A stretch of DNA of 63,977 nt, filler included, from Sandaracinaceae bacterium (GCA_947483975.1; 3 parts of 3 records of this genome joined end to end with filler, not necessarily neighbours in it), one strand, 5' to 3'; counted from the whole stretch's first letter, positions 41,308 to 51,782 are shown. Numbers and translations: made by a program. The notes: generated by a model not told the origin, from the sequence alone.

Positions 41308-43230
41308 ATGAAGTCCCCTGCGCCTCCGCGCGACGCTCTCGAGTCGCGCCTGCTCGCGCGCTTCGGGCTCGCGACGTTTCGACCCTGGCAGCGCGAGGCG
41401 ATCGACTCGCTGCTGACGGGCGGCGGGCGCGCGCTCGTCGTCGCGCCGACGGGCGGCGGCAAGTCGCTCACCTATCAGTTCCCCGCGACGGAGCTCGAGG
41501 GGACGACCATCGTCGTCTCGCCGCTGATCGCGCTGATGGAAGACCAGGTGCGCGGGCTGCACGCGCGCGGCATCGCGGCGACGTACCTCGCGTCGAACGT
41601 CGACGCCGACGAGCGCCGACGCCGCGAGCGCGGGCTCTTCGCGGGCGAGTACAAGCTCGTCTACATCGCGCCCGAGCGCCTCGCGATGTCGGGCATCGTC
41701 GAGACGCTCGCGCGCCTCAAGCCGCCGCTCGTCGCCATCGACGAGGCGCACTGCATCTCGCAGTGGGGGCACGACTTTCGCCCGGATTATCTGCGCCTCG
41801 GCGAGGTGCTCGAGCGCCTGCGTCCGCCGCGCGTGCTCGCGTGCACGGCGACGGCGACGCCCGGCGTGCGCCGCGAGATCCTCGAGAAGCTCGGGCTCGA
41901 GGGCGACGACACCAAGGTCGTGCTGCGCGGCTTCGCGCGGCCGAACCTGCACCTCTCGTCGCTCGAGGTCGACTCCGCGAAGGACCGGCAGCGCGCGATG
42001 ACGCAGGCGCTCCGCGAGGCGATCGGCGCGCCCACCGCGCCGACGGGCGGCGCCATCGTCTACGCCGCGACGCGCAAGGCGACCGAGCAGATGGCCGACA
42101 CCGTGCGCGGCGCCGGCTACAAGGTCGCTGCCTATCACGCGGGGCTCGACCCCGAGGTGCGCGCGAGCGTGAGCAAGATGTTCGCCGAGCGCACCGTGGA
42201 CGTCGTCGTCGCGACGAACGCGTTCGGGATGGGCATCGACCGACCTGACATACGGACTGTCATCCACGTCAACGCGCCGGGCTCGATCGAGGCGTATTAC
42301 CAAGAGGTCGGTCGCGCGGGGCGCGACGGGGACCCCGCGCACGGGCTGTTGCTGACCGCGTCGAGCGACCTCGGGCTGCGACGCCGCTTGCTCGAGCGCG
42401 GCGGCGCCGACGGCTCTGCGCCCGACCCGGTGCAGGTCGAGCGGCAGTGGCGGCTGTTCCTCGATCTGATGCGCTACGTCGAGGCGGGCAGCTGCCGACA
42501 CGACTTCATCCTCCGCTACTTCGGCGACGAGCAAGAGACGCTCGGCGGCTGCGGGCACTGCGACGTCTGCGAGCGCCTCGGCGTCGGCGCGGGCGACACC
42601 GAGGCGACCATCTCCGACGAGGACGCGCTCGTCGTGCGCAAGGCCCTCGCCGGCATCGCGCGCAACCGCGGACGCACCGGGCTCAACCTCGTCGCGGATA
42701 TGCTCGTCGGCGCGAGCAGCGCGCGGCTCTTGCAGCTCGGGCTGCAGTCGCTGAGCACCTACGGCTTGCTGAAGGAGCGCCCGCGCCCGTGGGTCCTCGC
42801 GCTCTTGCGGCGCTTGATCACGGCGGGGCTCGTCGACATCACGCCGACCGAGTTCCCCGTGCCGCTCCTGACGAAGGCGGGGCACGAGACGATGATGAGC
42901 GAGCGCCCCGTGCGCGTGCTCTTGCCGGAGCCCGACGCTGGCACTCCTCGCGCCGTGCGCAGCAAGCGTGAGCGCGTCGCGAAGAAGGTCGGCAGCAGCG
43001 AGCTACCGCCCGGCGTCGATCACGCGCTCTTCGAGCGCCTCCGCGAGGCGCGCCTCGGCATGGCCAAGGAGCACCGCGTGCCCGCCTACGTCGTCGCGCC
43101 CGACCGCACGCTGCTCGAGCTCGCCGCCCGCCGCCCGCGCACGCGCGGAGAGCTGAGCGGCATTCACGGCATGGGCCCGGCGCGCATCGACGCGTATGGC
43201 GACACCTTCCTCGAGGTGCTCAGCGCGTGA
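41308..43230 (+). CDS. recQ: RecQ family DNA helicase with RQC and HRDC domains
   Basis: PTGGGKS, DEAHCISQWGHDFRP, ATNAFGMGID, QEVGRAGRDG. Start uncertain (41269-41308). Confidence 0.95.
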   Translation: MKSPAPPRDALESRLLARFGLATFRPWQREAIDSLLTGGGRALVVAPTGGGKSLTYQFPATELEGTTIVVSPLIALMEDQVRGLHARGIAATYLASNVDADERRRRERGLFAGEYKLVYIAPERLAMSGIVETLARLKPPLVAIDEAHCISQWGHDFRPDYLRLGEVLERLRPPRVLACTATATPGVRREILEKLGLEGDDTKVVLRGFARPNLHLSSLEVDSAKDRQRAMTQALREAIGAPTAPTGGAIVYAATRKATEQMADTVRGAGYKVAAYHAGLDPEVRASVSKMFAERTVDVVVATNAFGMGIDRPDIRTVIHVNAPGSIEAYYQEVGRAGRDGDPAHGLLLTASSDLGLRRRLLERGGADGSAPDPVQVERQWRLFLDLMRYVEAGSCRHDFILRYFGDEQETLGGCGHCDVCERLGVGAGDTEATISDEDALVVRKALAGIARNRGRTGLNLVADMLVGASSARLLQLGLQSLSTYGLLKERPRPWVLALLRRLITAGLVDITPTEFPVPLLTKAGHETMMSERPVRVLLPEPDAGTPRAVRSKRERVAKKVGSSELPPGVDHALFERLREARLGMAKEHRVPAYVVAPDRTLLELAARRPRTRGELSGIHGMGPARIDAYGDTFLEVLSA

Positions 43231-43293
43231 GCGCGCGCGCGTGCGGCGACCTGTGTTGGCAGAGGTCGCCGCGCTCGAGCCCGCGGCTGCGAT

Positions 43294-44253
43294 TCAGATG
43301 AAGATCGGCGGCACGTTCGCGTTGACGGCGGCTCCCGCGAACGAGATGCCGCGCCCCGTGGTGGGGTCGTTGAACGTCCCGTAGAGCGTCCCGACGCCCG
43401 TGTGCGGGTCGATCGTGACGACCTCGCCGCTGCCGTCGTGCGTGAAGCCGAACACCTGCCCAAGCTGGTACGCGACGCCGAAGAGCTTGGGATATCCGGT
43501 CGAGCCGATGATCGTGACGGCGCCCGTCGCCGGGGCGATGCGCGCGAGGAGGTTGTTCGCCTGCGTGCCGGTGCCCGTGGCGTCCCCCACCCGGTAGACC
43601 GTGCCGTACATCGTGCCGTCCGAGACGGCGACGAGATCCCCCGAGAGCGCGTAGCCGCCGCTCAGCGTGCCGATCGGCGTGACCGTCGGAGGCGAGGTGC
43701 CCGGCGCGACGAGGCAGAACGCGCCCATGAAGTCGCCCGTGTAGAGCCTGCCGTCGGGCAAGAACGTGAGCGCCACGCCCGCCGTGCCGCACGCGGTGAT
43801 CGGGCCGACGCGCGTCACGTGCCCGTCGGTCGCGCTCGCCGTGTAGAGGGCAGTGTTCGAGACGCCGTAGATCGTGTCGTCGGGCGCGACGGCGAGGTCG
43901 GTGATCACGTCCTCTGCCATGCCGCCGCCCGTGCGCGGGACCATCGGCGCGTTGAACGGACCGACCGTGACGAGCGAGCGCATCGCGAGGTCGATCTTGT
44001 AGAGCACGTGATCGCCGTGCGCGTAGACCGTGTAGCAAGGGCCCGTCCCGCTGCAGCCAGGGGGAACCACGCCGAAGTCCGGGGCGGGGCCCAAGTCGAG
44101 GGGCGAACCGCCGTCGGGCAGCGCGCCGGAGTCCGTGTCCGGCACGCCCCCGTCGTACGGGACGCCCACCGGGCCGCGAGCGCGCGACGTGCAGGCCGAC
44201 GTGCCGAGCAGACAAACGAGCGCGAGCGTGAAGACGACGTTGGACCTGAGCAT
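43294..44253 (-). CDS. Beta-propeller-like lipoprotein
   Basis: TSAC lipobox; repeated DLAVxxDGT(I/M)YG blades. Confidence 0.7.
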   Translation of the reverse strand: MLRSNVVFTLALVCLLGTSACTSRARGPVGVPYDGGVPDTDSGALPDGGSPLDLGPAPDFGVVPPGCSGTGPCYTVYAHGDHVLYKIDLAMRSLVTVGPFNAPMVPRTGGGMAEDVITDLAVAPDDTIYGVSNTALYTASATDGHVTRVGPITACGTAGVALTFLPDGRLYTGDFMGAFCLVAPGTSPPTVTPIGTLSGGYALSGDLVAVSDGTMYGTVYRVGDATGTGTQANNLLARIAPATGAVTIIGSTGYPKLFGVAYQLGQVFGFTHDGSGEVVTIDPHTGVGTLYGTFNDPTTGRGISFAGAAVNANVPPIFI

Positions 44254-44417
44254 GGCGTGGACTCCAGCGCGGCGAGACGATACGAGCCGTGGTCTCTGCC
44301 GGGCCGACGTCGCTAGCACGCGCGGCACGGGGACTCAATCGACGCGCGCAACCGGCGGTCCGCGCCCTCGGGCGAGCCTGCGCCCGCTGCCGCGAGCGCT
44401 GCCCGCGATGCGGGCCG

Positions 44418-45947
44418 CTACTTCTTGAGCGCCCGCTTGAGGATCTTGCCCGTCGGGCCCTTCGGCAGCGAGTCCATGAACTCGACGATGCGCGGGTACT
44501 TGTACGCGGCGAGGTGCTCTTTGCAGAACGCCGTGATGTCCTCGGCGGTCGCGCTGTGTCCGGGCTTGAGCGCGAGGACGGCCTTGATCTCCTCGCCGTG
44601 GAGCGCGTCCGGGACGCCGATGACCGCGACCTCGAGCACCGCCGGGTGCCGATAGAGCGCCTCCTCGATCTCACGCGGATAGACGTTGAAGCCGCCGCGG
44701 ATGATCAGGTCCTTCTTGCGGTCGACGATGAAGTAATACCCATCTTCATCCACGTGCGCGACGTCGCCAGTCTTGAACCAGCCGTCCTTCACGCACTCCG
44801 CGGTCGCCTCGGGGTTCTTCCAATACCCCTTCATCACGTTGTGGCCCTTGATGCAGATCTCACCCGGCACCTTCGGCTCGGTGATGGTCATTCCCGCGTC
44901 GTCGATCAGCTTGAACTCGCAGCCCCAGATCGGGAGTCCGATGCTGCCCGCCTTCTTGGGGCGGTCGAGCACGCTGAAGCTCGCGACGGGCGACGTCTCG
45001 CTGAGCCCATAGCCCTCGAGCACGTTGACGTTGTACTTGCGGTCGAAGGCGTGCATCACCTCCACCGGCATCGCCGCGCCGCCCGACACGCAATAACGAA
45101 GCGCGCTGAGATCGTATTTGTGCGCGTCCGGGTAGTGCAGCATCGCGAAGTACATCGTCGGCACGCCCGCGAACACCGTGATCTTGTGCTTTTCGAGGAG
45201 CGTGAACGCCGACTGCGGATCGAAGCGCGGGAGCAGCACGAGCGCGCCGCCGCGGATCAAGAGGCCATTCTGCACGGCAGTCTGACCGAAGCTGTGAAAG
45301 AGCGGCAGGGTCGCCAGCGCCACATCCGTCGACGCGAGCGGCAGCAGCTTCGAGCTCATGTAGTCGGCGTTGTAGAAGAGGTTGAAGTGCGTGAGCTCCG
45401 CGCCCTTCGCGCGCCCCGTCGTGCCCGAGGTGTAGAGGATGACCGCCGTGTCGTCGGGCATCGTGTCGGGGAGATCCGTGACGGGAGTCGCGCCGCCGAG
45501 CGCTGCGTTGAAGTTGACCGCGCCGTCGGGCGCGCTGAGGTCCGTCGGCGACGCCTTCGCCACGATCAGCTGACGGCAGCTACCGACGCGATCGAACCCA
45601 GCGCGCGCGTGCTCGTAGAAGCCCTCCCACACGACGAGCGCCGCGGCGCCGCTGTCCTCGAGGTGATAGGCGATCTCGTCGGGAGCGAGCAGCACGTTGA
45701 GCGGCACGACGGGGTTCGCCGCGTAGTGCGCGCCGAAGTACGCGATCGGGAACTGCGGCACGTTGGGCAGCATCAAGGCGACGTGCTCGCCGCGCTGGAT
45801 CCCCAGCTTGGCGAGCGCGCCCGCGAAGCGCTGCGCATACGCGTGCAGCGTGCCGTAGTTCAGCGTGAGGTCGCCGAGGTGCAGCGCGGGGCGGTCCGAG
45901 AACTTGGACGCGCTCGTCCGCAAGATGGTCGCGAGGTTCAGAGTCAT
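44418..45947 (-). CDS. Long-chain fatty acid-CoA ligase (FadD type)
   Basis: YTSGTTGRAKG, YGLSETSP, TGD, DRKKDLIIRGG, PKGPTGK. Confidence 0.93.
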   Translation of the reverse strand: MTLNLATILRTSASKFSDRPALHLGDLTLNYGTLHAYAQRFAGALAKLGIQRGEHVALMLPNVPQFPIAYFGAHYAANPVVPLNVLLAPDEIAYHLEDSGAAALVVWEGFYEHARAGFDRVGSCRQLIVAKASPTDLSAPDGAVNFNAALGGATPVTDLPDTMPDDTAVILYTSGTTGRAKGAELTHFNLFYNADYMSSKLLPLASTDVALATLPLFHSFGQTAVQNGLLIRGGALVLLPRFDPQSAFTLLEKHKITVFAGVPTMYFAMLHYPDAHKYDLSALRYCVSGGAAMPVEVMHAFDRKYNVNVLEGYGLSETSPVASFSVLDRPKKAGSIGLPIWGCEFKLIDDAGMTITEPKVPGEICIKGHNVMKGYWKNPEATAECVKDGWFKTGDVAHVDEDGYYFIVDRKKDLIIRGGFNVYPREIEEALYRHPAVLEVAVIGVPDALHGEEIKAVLALKPGHSATAEDITAFCKEHLAAYKYPRIVEFMDSLPKGPTGKILKRALKK

Positions 45948-45957
45948 CGAGTCTCTC

Positions 45958-46458
45958 CTACCAGCGATTGAACGCTGGATGCCCTTCCTTCACCGCCACG
46001 AACGTCCCGCGACAGGTCGCGGTCACCTTGCCATTGGCCGTCAGCGTCGCCTCGACGACGGCGCGCGGTCCGCTCGACTCGACGACGTGCGCCGCAAGCT
46101 CGAGCGGCGCGTCCATCGGAGTCGGTCGCTTGAGCGTCACGTGGAACTCCGCGGTCACCGTGCAGGGGATTTCGCCGAGCGCGTCGCGGTCGAGGAGGTG
46201 AATCGCGGCCGTCCAGTTGGAGTGGCAGTCGAGGAGCGCGCCGCAAATACCGCCGTTGAGCACGCCCGGAAACGCGTGATGGTGCGGCTCCGGGCGCCAG
46301 CTCGCGACGAGGCCCGCGGGCGCGACGCCGACGGGACTGCGCAGCGAGCGAATGCGCAGCCCGTGTGGGTTGGCGGGACCGCAGCCGAAGCAGATGCTCT
46401 TCGGCGCGTGCTGCTCTTGGACGCTCTGCGGACCGTGCACGACGATGTCTTCGCTCAC
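45958..46458 (-). CDS. PaaI family thioesterase
   Basis: CFGCGPANPHGL, NGGICGALLDCH. Confidence 0.85.
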   Translation of the reverse strand: MSEDIVVHGPQSVQEQHAPKSICFGCGPANPHGLRIRSLRSPVGVAPAGLVASWRPEPHHHAFPGVLNGGICGALLDCHSNWTAAIHLLDRDALGEIPCTVTAEFHVTLKRPTPMDAPLELAAHVVESSGPRAVVEATLTANGKVTATCRGTFVAVKEGHPAFNRW

Positions 46459-46492
46459 GCCGCGCAGCGTACACCGGAAGGCGGCGCGGAGA

Positions 46493-47610
46493 TCAGGGCG
46501 CGCGCACGCCGGTGACGGCGAGCGTCAGCGGCGCGCAGCCACCGAACGCGCACGAACCATCCACCTCGGTGAAGGTCGAGGTCCACGTCCCGGTGAAGTG
46601 ATCGGCGTCGCTGAAGGTGCCGACGAGGCGGTACGTCTCGATGCACCCACCGGAGACCGTGTACGAGACATCGAACATCCCGCCCGTCGGCCCGGTGCTG
46701 CTCGTCGGACCAGGCTGCGTCAGCGTGTACGAGCCCGCGGTCACCACGAGCACGCCGCCCGCGTAGGTGAAGTGCATCGAGCCGATGTTGTAGTTGACGC
46801 TCCCGAGCGCGCACCACTGCGTCGGCGGCGGCGTGATCGTGAAGTTGCCGTTGTAGTCGATCGGCCCCGTCGGGCACATCGGGCACGTCGCGGTCGTGTC
46901 ATCGCAGGTGAACACACAGGTATCGGAGCCGACGTCGCAGACCTCGGTCGTGCACGGATCGGCGTCGTTGCAGTCGTGCGCCGCGAGCGGCGGCTGACAG
47001 CCGAACTCGGGATCACAGACCTCCTCGCCGTTGCAGAAATTGCCGTCGGCGCAGTCCATCGCGGTCGTGCACGGCATCGGGACATAGCAACCCGTGCGCC
47101 CGCAGACCTCGCCCGCGCCGGTGCAGAGCGAGTCGACGGGGGTGTTCGTGCACACGTTGCCGACCGCGCACATATCCACTGTGCAAGCGACCGAGTCGTC
47201 GCAGTCTGCGGCGCCCGCGCACCCGGTGTGCGTGCAGCCGAGCGTCGCGTCGCAGGTCTCGCCGGCGACGGTGCAGAGCGCGTCGAGCGCCATGTGGTTG
47301 CAGATCCCGCCGACGGCGCAGGAGTCGAAGGTGCAGACGACGGCGTCATCGCACTCGGCGCTCGTCGTGCACTGCCCGCCCATGCCGCAGCCCGTCATCG
47401 CGCTGCACGTCTGTCCCATCGGACACAGCGCGTCGAGCGCGCTGTGCTCGCAGACGCCGGACACGTTGCAGGTGTCCACCGTGCACGCGAAGGCGTCGAC
47501 GCACTCCGCGGCGAGCAGGCAGCGCGCGCCGCCGTCTGCGCCGCGCGGCCGGTCCGTACCGCCGCCGCAGCCGAGCACGGAGAGCGAGAGTGCGAGCAGC
47601 GCAGAGAGCG
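46493..47610 (-). CDS. Cys-rich repeat lipoprotein; its 5' end lies at 63817-63977
   Basis: CDDxxxCTxDxC repeats plus a beta-rich C-terminal domain; runs into the linker. Confidence 0.85.
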
Positions 47611-47710
47611 NNNNNNNNNNNNNNNNNNNNNNNNNNNNNNNNNNNNNNNNNNNNTTAATTAATTAANNNNNNNNNNNNNNNNNNNNNNNNNNNNNNNNNN
47701 NNNNNNNNNN
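47611..47710. other. Artificial contig linker
   Basis: N44-TTAATTAATTAA-N44. Confidence 0.98.
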
Positions 47711-47966
47711 CCGTTCGACGCGGGCGGCGGCGCTGGGGCGCTCCGCTCGATGGGCGGCACGAACGGCGGCGCCAACTCGATGTCGACGGCGAACGGCGGC
47801 GGCGGCGGCGGCGGCGGTGGCTGCGTCGTGGCTCGGACCGGCGACGGCACGCTGACCGGCGGCTCAGCCGTCGCGACGCCCGCCGGAGCCCTCCAGATGT
47901 TGCTGGCGCGGCGTCGCTAGCGGCCAGCCTCTTCAGTTCGGCGCGGGGCCCGCCGTATCGTCACGC

Positions 47967-48581
47967 ATGCCCTCGATCGTCAGCTTCGCCGCAAGCGCCT
48001 CTCGTGGAGAGGCCACCCGTCCCCACGATGAACCGTCCGAGGACGCCGCGCGCGCCCTCCGGGTGGTCACAGCGGCCGACGTCGACGCGCTCCTCGCGTC
48101 CGCGACGGCGTCGGATGCGGCGTGCATCTCCCTCGGGCGCGATCCGGAGGCCGGCCTCGCGATCGTGCGCCGTCTGCGTGCAGCGGCGCCCGACCTCGCG
48201 ATCGTCGCGACCGACGCGTCCAACCCAGACGTCGCGGTCGCTGCCGCGGAAGCGGGCGCGCACGAGACGACCCCGGAGGGCGCGGACCATCGTCTCGTGA
48301 CGCTCGCCCTGCGCCGCGCCGCGGAGTGCACCGCCGATCATCGCGAGCTTCGCAGCCTGCGCGCCCAGCATCCTGGGCCGAGCGGCGCGGTTACGTCGCT
48401 CGCGAGCCCGTTTGGGGACGCGCGCACGGTGCCGCCGCTGCGCGAGATCGAGCGCGAAGCGATCCGGCACGCGCTCGCGGCGACCGGCGGTCGCGTCGGG
48501 CAGGCGGCGAAGATGCTCGGCATGGGCCGGGCGACGCTCTACCGCCGCCTCGCGACGCTCGACGTCGTGCGTAACTCCTAG
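47967..48581 (+). CDS. Degenerate receiver-like domain plus Fis-type HTH regulator (no AAA+ domain)
   Basis: C-terminal LREIEREAIRHALAATGGRVGQAAKMLGMGRATLYRRL. Confidence 0.75.
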   Translation: MPSIVSFAASASRGEATRPHDEPSEDAARALRVVTAADVDALLASATASDAACISLGRDPEAGLAIVRRLRAAAPDLAIVATDASNPDVAVAAAEAGAHETTPEGADHRLVTLALRRAAECTADHRELRSLRAQHPGPSGAVTSLASPFGDARTVPPLREIEREAIRHALAATGGRVGQAAKMLGMGRATLYRRLATLDVVRNS

Positions 48582-48807
48582 CGTCGTCCCCACTTGGGCC
48601 GTTGAGCTGTGTCGGCGCGAGCCGCGCAGGCGCGTCGTGCGAGCTGGCGCTCGGGGAGCCATGTTGCCCCGGTGACAATCGCGCCCGATCGTCCCAAAAC
48701 GGGTGTGCGCTTGCGTGCACGCAAGTTTGGCTGGAATACGGGGCCTAGCGTCACGTCGTCAGGGCCTGGCTGACCGCTGTATCGCAGTCGGGCTCTATGC
48801 GGCTACC

Positions 48808-48822
48808 TGGCGCGACCTCTGC
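48808..48822 (+). promoter_or_regulatory. Possible sigma-54 -24/-12 promoter
   Basis: TGGCGCGACCTCTGC (GG-N10-GC) about 25 nt upstream of ATG 48847. Confidence 0.3.
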
Positions 48823-48846
48823 GCCCCTGAAAGCGGAGAACCCCTC

Positions 48847-51678
48847 ATGCGTATGCGCGGTCTTGCGTCCGGCGTCGGCCTCTTGGTCTTTGCAGCCACC
48901 ATGTTCTGGAGCGGCCCGGCGGCCGCGTACGACAACTACTCGGGGACGGGCACCGGCAACTGCCGCGCGTGTCACGGCGACTTCCGGGCCGGCACTTACA
49001 TCTCCCAGGTCGACGGCGTGGCGATGGGCAACCTCCACAACCTGCATCGCACGACGATGCTCGGCGGTGACTGCAATACGTGCCACCGCAGCGGCACGAC
49101 GAACCGCCCCGTCAACATCAACTCCTCGGCCGGCGGCACGGGCCTCGTCGCGATCGCGTGCATGGGCTGCCATGGTCGTGCGGCGGACAACGTCCCGGGC
49201 AATCCCGAGGTCGCCGCGGGCGGCTTCGGCTACGGCGCCGCGCTCCGGCAGCACCACTACCGCGCCGGTGAGACGATCTGCGGGACGTGCCACGCGGACG
49301 CGAACCCGACGTCCTACACGCCGGTCGGAGAGAACATCCTGCCGCCTTATTACTCGGCCCCCGGCACTGGCCATCCGGCGATGCCGCGGCTGCCCTGCAA
49401 CCCGACCGGCACCGAGAACTTCGGTGGCACGGCGATCGGCATCGACAACGACGGCGATGGCGTCTGGGATATGCTCGACAGCGACTGCGCGACGGGCGCG
49501 GCGAACGGCACCGCCTGCACCGCGGGCTCGACCTGCACGAGCGGCAACTGCGTCGACGGCGTCTGCTGCAACACGACGTGCGGCGGCGGCTCGACGACCG
49601 ACTGCCAGGCGTGCTCGGCGGCGCTGACCGGCGGAGCCGCCGGCACCTGCGGGAACGTCAGCGCCGCTTCGGCGACGGTCTGCCGCGCCTCCGTGGGCAC
49701 CTGCGACGCAGCGGAGACCTGCAGCGGCACCGCCGCGACCTGCCCGGCTGACGCCTTCGCGACCGCCGCGACGACGTGCCGAGTGGCCGCCGGCGCGTGC
49801 GATGCCGCGGAGACCTGCAGCGGCACGAGCGCCACTTGCCCGGCGGATGCGCTGCGCGCGTCAGGCTTCGCGTGCCGTGCGTCTGCGGGCGTCTGCGACG
49901 TCGGCGAGACCTGCAGCGGTACGAGCAGCGCGTGCCCGGTGGATGGGTTCGCGAGCGCCGTCACCGCCTGCCGCGCGTCTGCGGGCGTCTGCGACATTGC
50001 GGAGACCTGCAGCGGAACCGCTGCGACGTGCCCGGCAGACACGCTGCGCGCGTCGGGCTTCGCTTGCCGCGCGTCGGCGGGTCAGTGCGACGTCGCCGAG
50101 GCGTGCACCGGCTTGCTGGCGGCTTGTCCGGCAGACGCGTTCGCGTCCGTCGGCACGGCCTGCACGGGGGGCACCTGCAGCGGCGGCGGGGTCTGCTCGA
50201 GCGGCTGCGTCCCGGGCGGCACCTGCACCACCGGCAACATCTGTGAGAACGGGACCGTCTCGTGCACGACCGGCTCGCCGGTCTGCGTCGGGAGCGGGCC
50301 GAAGGCGGCAGGCACGCTGTGCCGCGCGGCCTCCGGGCCGTGTGACGCCGCTGAGAGCTGCAACGGGACGGCGGTCGCCTGCCCGGCGGACGGCTTCCTG
50401 GCTGCGGCGACCGTGTGTCGCGCCTCGGCGGCCCTGTGCGACGCGGCAGAGACTTGCAGCGGCGCGAGCGCTGCGTGCCCGGTGGACGCCTTCGCGGTCG
50501 CCGGTACGGTGTGCCGCGCGGGTGTGAGCGCCTGTGATGCGGCCGAGGTCTGCTCCGGCGGCGGTGCGGCGTGTCCGGCCGACGCCTTCGCTGGAGCCGG
50601 GACGACGTGTCGCGCCTCGGTCGGCGCGTGCGACGTCGCAGAGACCTGCAGCGGCAGCGCGGGCACTTGCCCGGTGGACCAGTTCGTCGCGCCGAGCACG
50701 GTGTGCCGCGCTTCTGCAGGAACGTGCGACCTCGCCGAGGTCTGCAACGGTGCGTCGGGTACCTGCCCGGGCGATGTGCTCCTGCCCGGCGGCATCCCGT
50801 GCCGCGCCCCGGCGGGCGTGTGTGACGTCGGGGAGGTCTGCTCGGGCAGCTCCGCGGCGTGTCCGCTCGACCGGTTCGCTGCCGCATCGACCGAGTGTCG
50901 CGCGTCGGCTGGCGCGTGCGACCTCGCCGACAACTGCACGGGGTCCACTGCGGCCTGTCCCATCGATCGCTTCGCGACGTCCGCGACCGAGTGCCGCGCG
51001 TCGGCGGGCGACTGCGACATCGCGGAGTCCTGCAACGGCGGCGCTGCCGCCTGCCCGGCGGACACCTTCCGGCCCTCGACCCTCGAGTGTCGCGCGTCGG
51101 CGGGTGACTGCGACGTCGCAGAGACCTGCACCGGCAGCACCGTGGACTGTCCCGCTGACAGCCTTGCGCCCGCCACCACCGAGTGCCGCGCCGCGGCAGG
51201 CGACTGCGACCTCGCAGAGACCTGCACGGGCGCGAGCATCTCCTGTCCGGTCGACGCCTTCGCGGCCGACGCGACGCCGTGCAGCGACACGCTCTCGTGC
51301 AACGAGGGCGAGGTCTGCACGACCGGAGTCTGCGGCGGCGGCGCTGCGACCGACTGCGATGACGGCGACCCGTGCACGGCCGACACCTGCGCAGAGCCGA
51401 CGGGCTGCGAGAACGTCGCCATCGCGGATTGCACGCCTGACGCGGGCACGCCTGACGCGGGTCCGGAGGCCGACGCCGGGACCGACGACGGCGGAGTCGT
51501 GGACGGCTCCGTGCTCGACGCTGCGCTCGACGCGAGCGTTGCGCCGACGCCTGCCGACAAGGGCGGCTGCGGCTGCCGCGTCGCTGGCGCCGGTGAGTCG
51601 CGCGGTGCGGCGACGGGCGCTTGGCTCGCGGTGCTCGCGCTCACGGCGCTGAGCTTCCGCCGCCGTCGCGCGCGCTGA
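48847..51678 (+). CDS. Tetraheme c-type cytochrome domain + 15 disintegrin-like repeats + MYXO-CTERM sorting signal
   Basis: Sec signal (AAA/Y), CRACH, CNTCH, CMGCH, CGTCH; 32-aa repeats; GGCGC...TM...RRRR tail. Confidence 0.85.
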   Translation: MRMRGLASGVGLLVFAATMFWSGPAAAYDNYSGTGTGNCRACHGDFRAGTYISQVDGVAMGNLHNLHRTTMLGGDCNTCHRSGTTNRPVNINSSAGGTGLVAIACMGCHGRAADNVPGNPEVAAGGFGYGAALRQHHYRAGETICGTCHADANPTSYTPVGENILPPYYSAPGTGHPAMPRLPCNPTGTENFGGTAIGIDNDGDGVWDMLDSDCATGAANGTACTAGSTCTSGNCVDGVCCNTTCGGGSTTDCQACSAALTGGAAGTCGNVSAASATVCRASVGTCDAAETCSGTAATCPADAFATAATTCRVAAGACDAAETCSGTSATCPADALRASGFACRASAGVCDVGETCSGTSSACPVDGFASAVTACRASAGVCDIAETCSGTAATCPADTLRASGFACRASAGQCDVAEACTGLLAACPADAFASVGTACTGGTCSGGGVCSSGCVPGGTCTTGNICENGTVSCTTGSPVCVGSGPKAAGTLCRAASGPCDAAESCNGTAVACPADGFLAAATVCRASAALCDAAETCSGASAACPVDAFAVAGTVCRAGVSACDAAEVCSGGGAACPADAFAGAGTTCRASVGACDVAETCSGSAGTCPVDQFVAPSTVCRASAGTCDLAEVCNGASGTCPGDVLLPGGIPCRAPAGVCDVGEVCSGSSAACPLDRFAAASTECRASAGACDLADNCTGSTAACPIDRFATSATECRASAGDCDIAESCNGGAAACPADTFRPSTLECRASAGDCDVAETCTGSTVDCPADSLAPATTECRAAAGDCDLAETCTGASISCPVDAFAADATPCSDTLSCNEGEVCTTGVCGGGAATDCDDGDPCTADTCAEPTGCENVAIADCTPDAGTPDAGPEADAGTDDGGVVDGSVLDAALDASVAPTPADKGGCGCRVAGAGESRGAATGAWLAVLALTALSFRRRRAR

Positions 51679-51688
51679 GCGCGGCTCG

Positions 51689-51716
51689 GGCTCTCGGGGC
51701 TTCGGCGCCGAGAGCC
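51689..51716. terminator. Hairpin with cUUCGg tetraloop between convergent genes
   Basis: GGCTCTCGG-g-GC-TTCG-GC-g-CCGAGAGCC. Confidence 0.55.
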
Positions 51717-51782
51717 TGCTCCCAACTATCCAGACCACTGACGCGCTCGCTCCTCCTTCGGGAAGAGCGGGCGCGTCGTCGT

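Noticed and set aside
47711..47850. Pro-rich minus-strand ORF running into the gap
   Set aside because: Low complexity, no clear RBS and truncated; cannot be supported.
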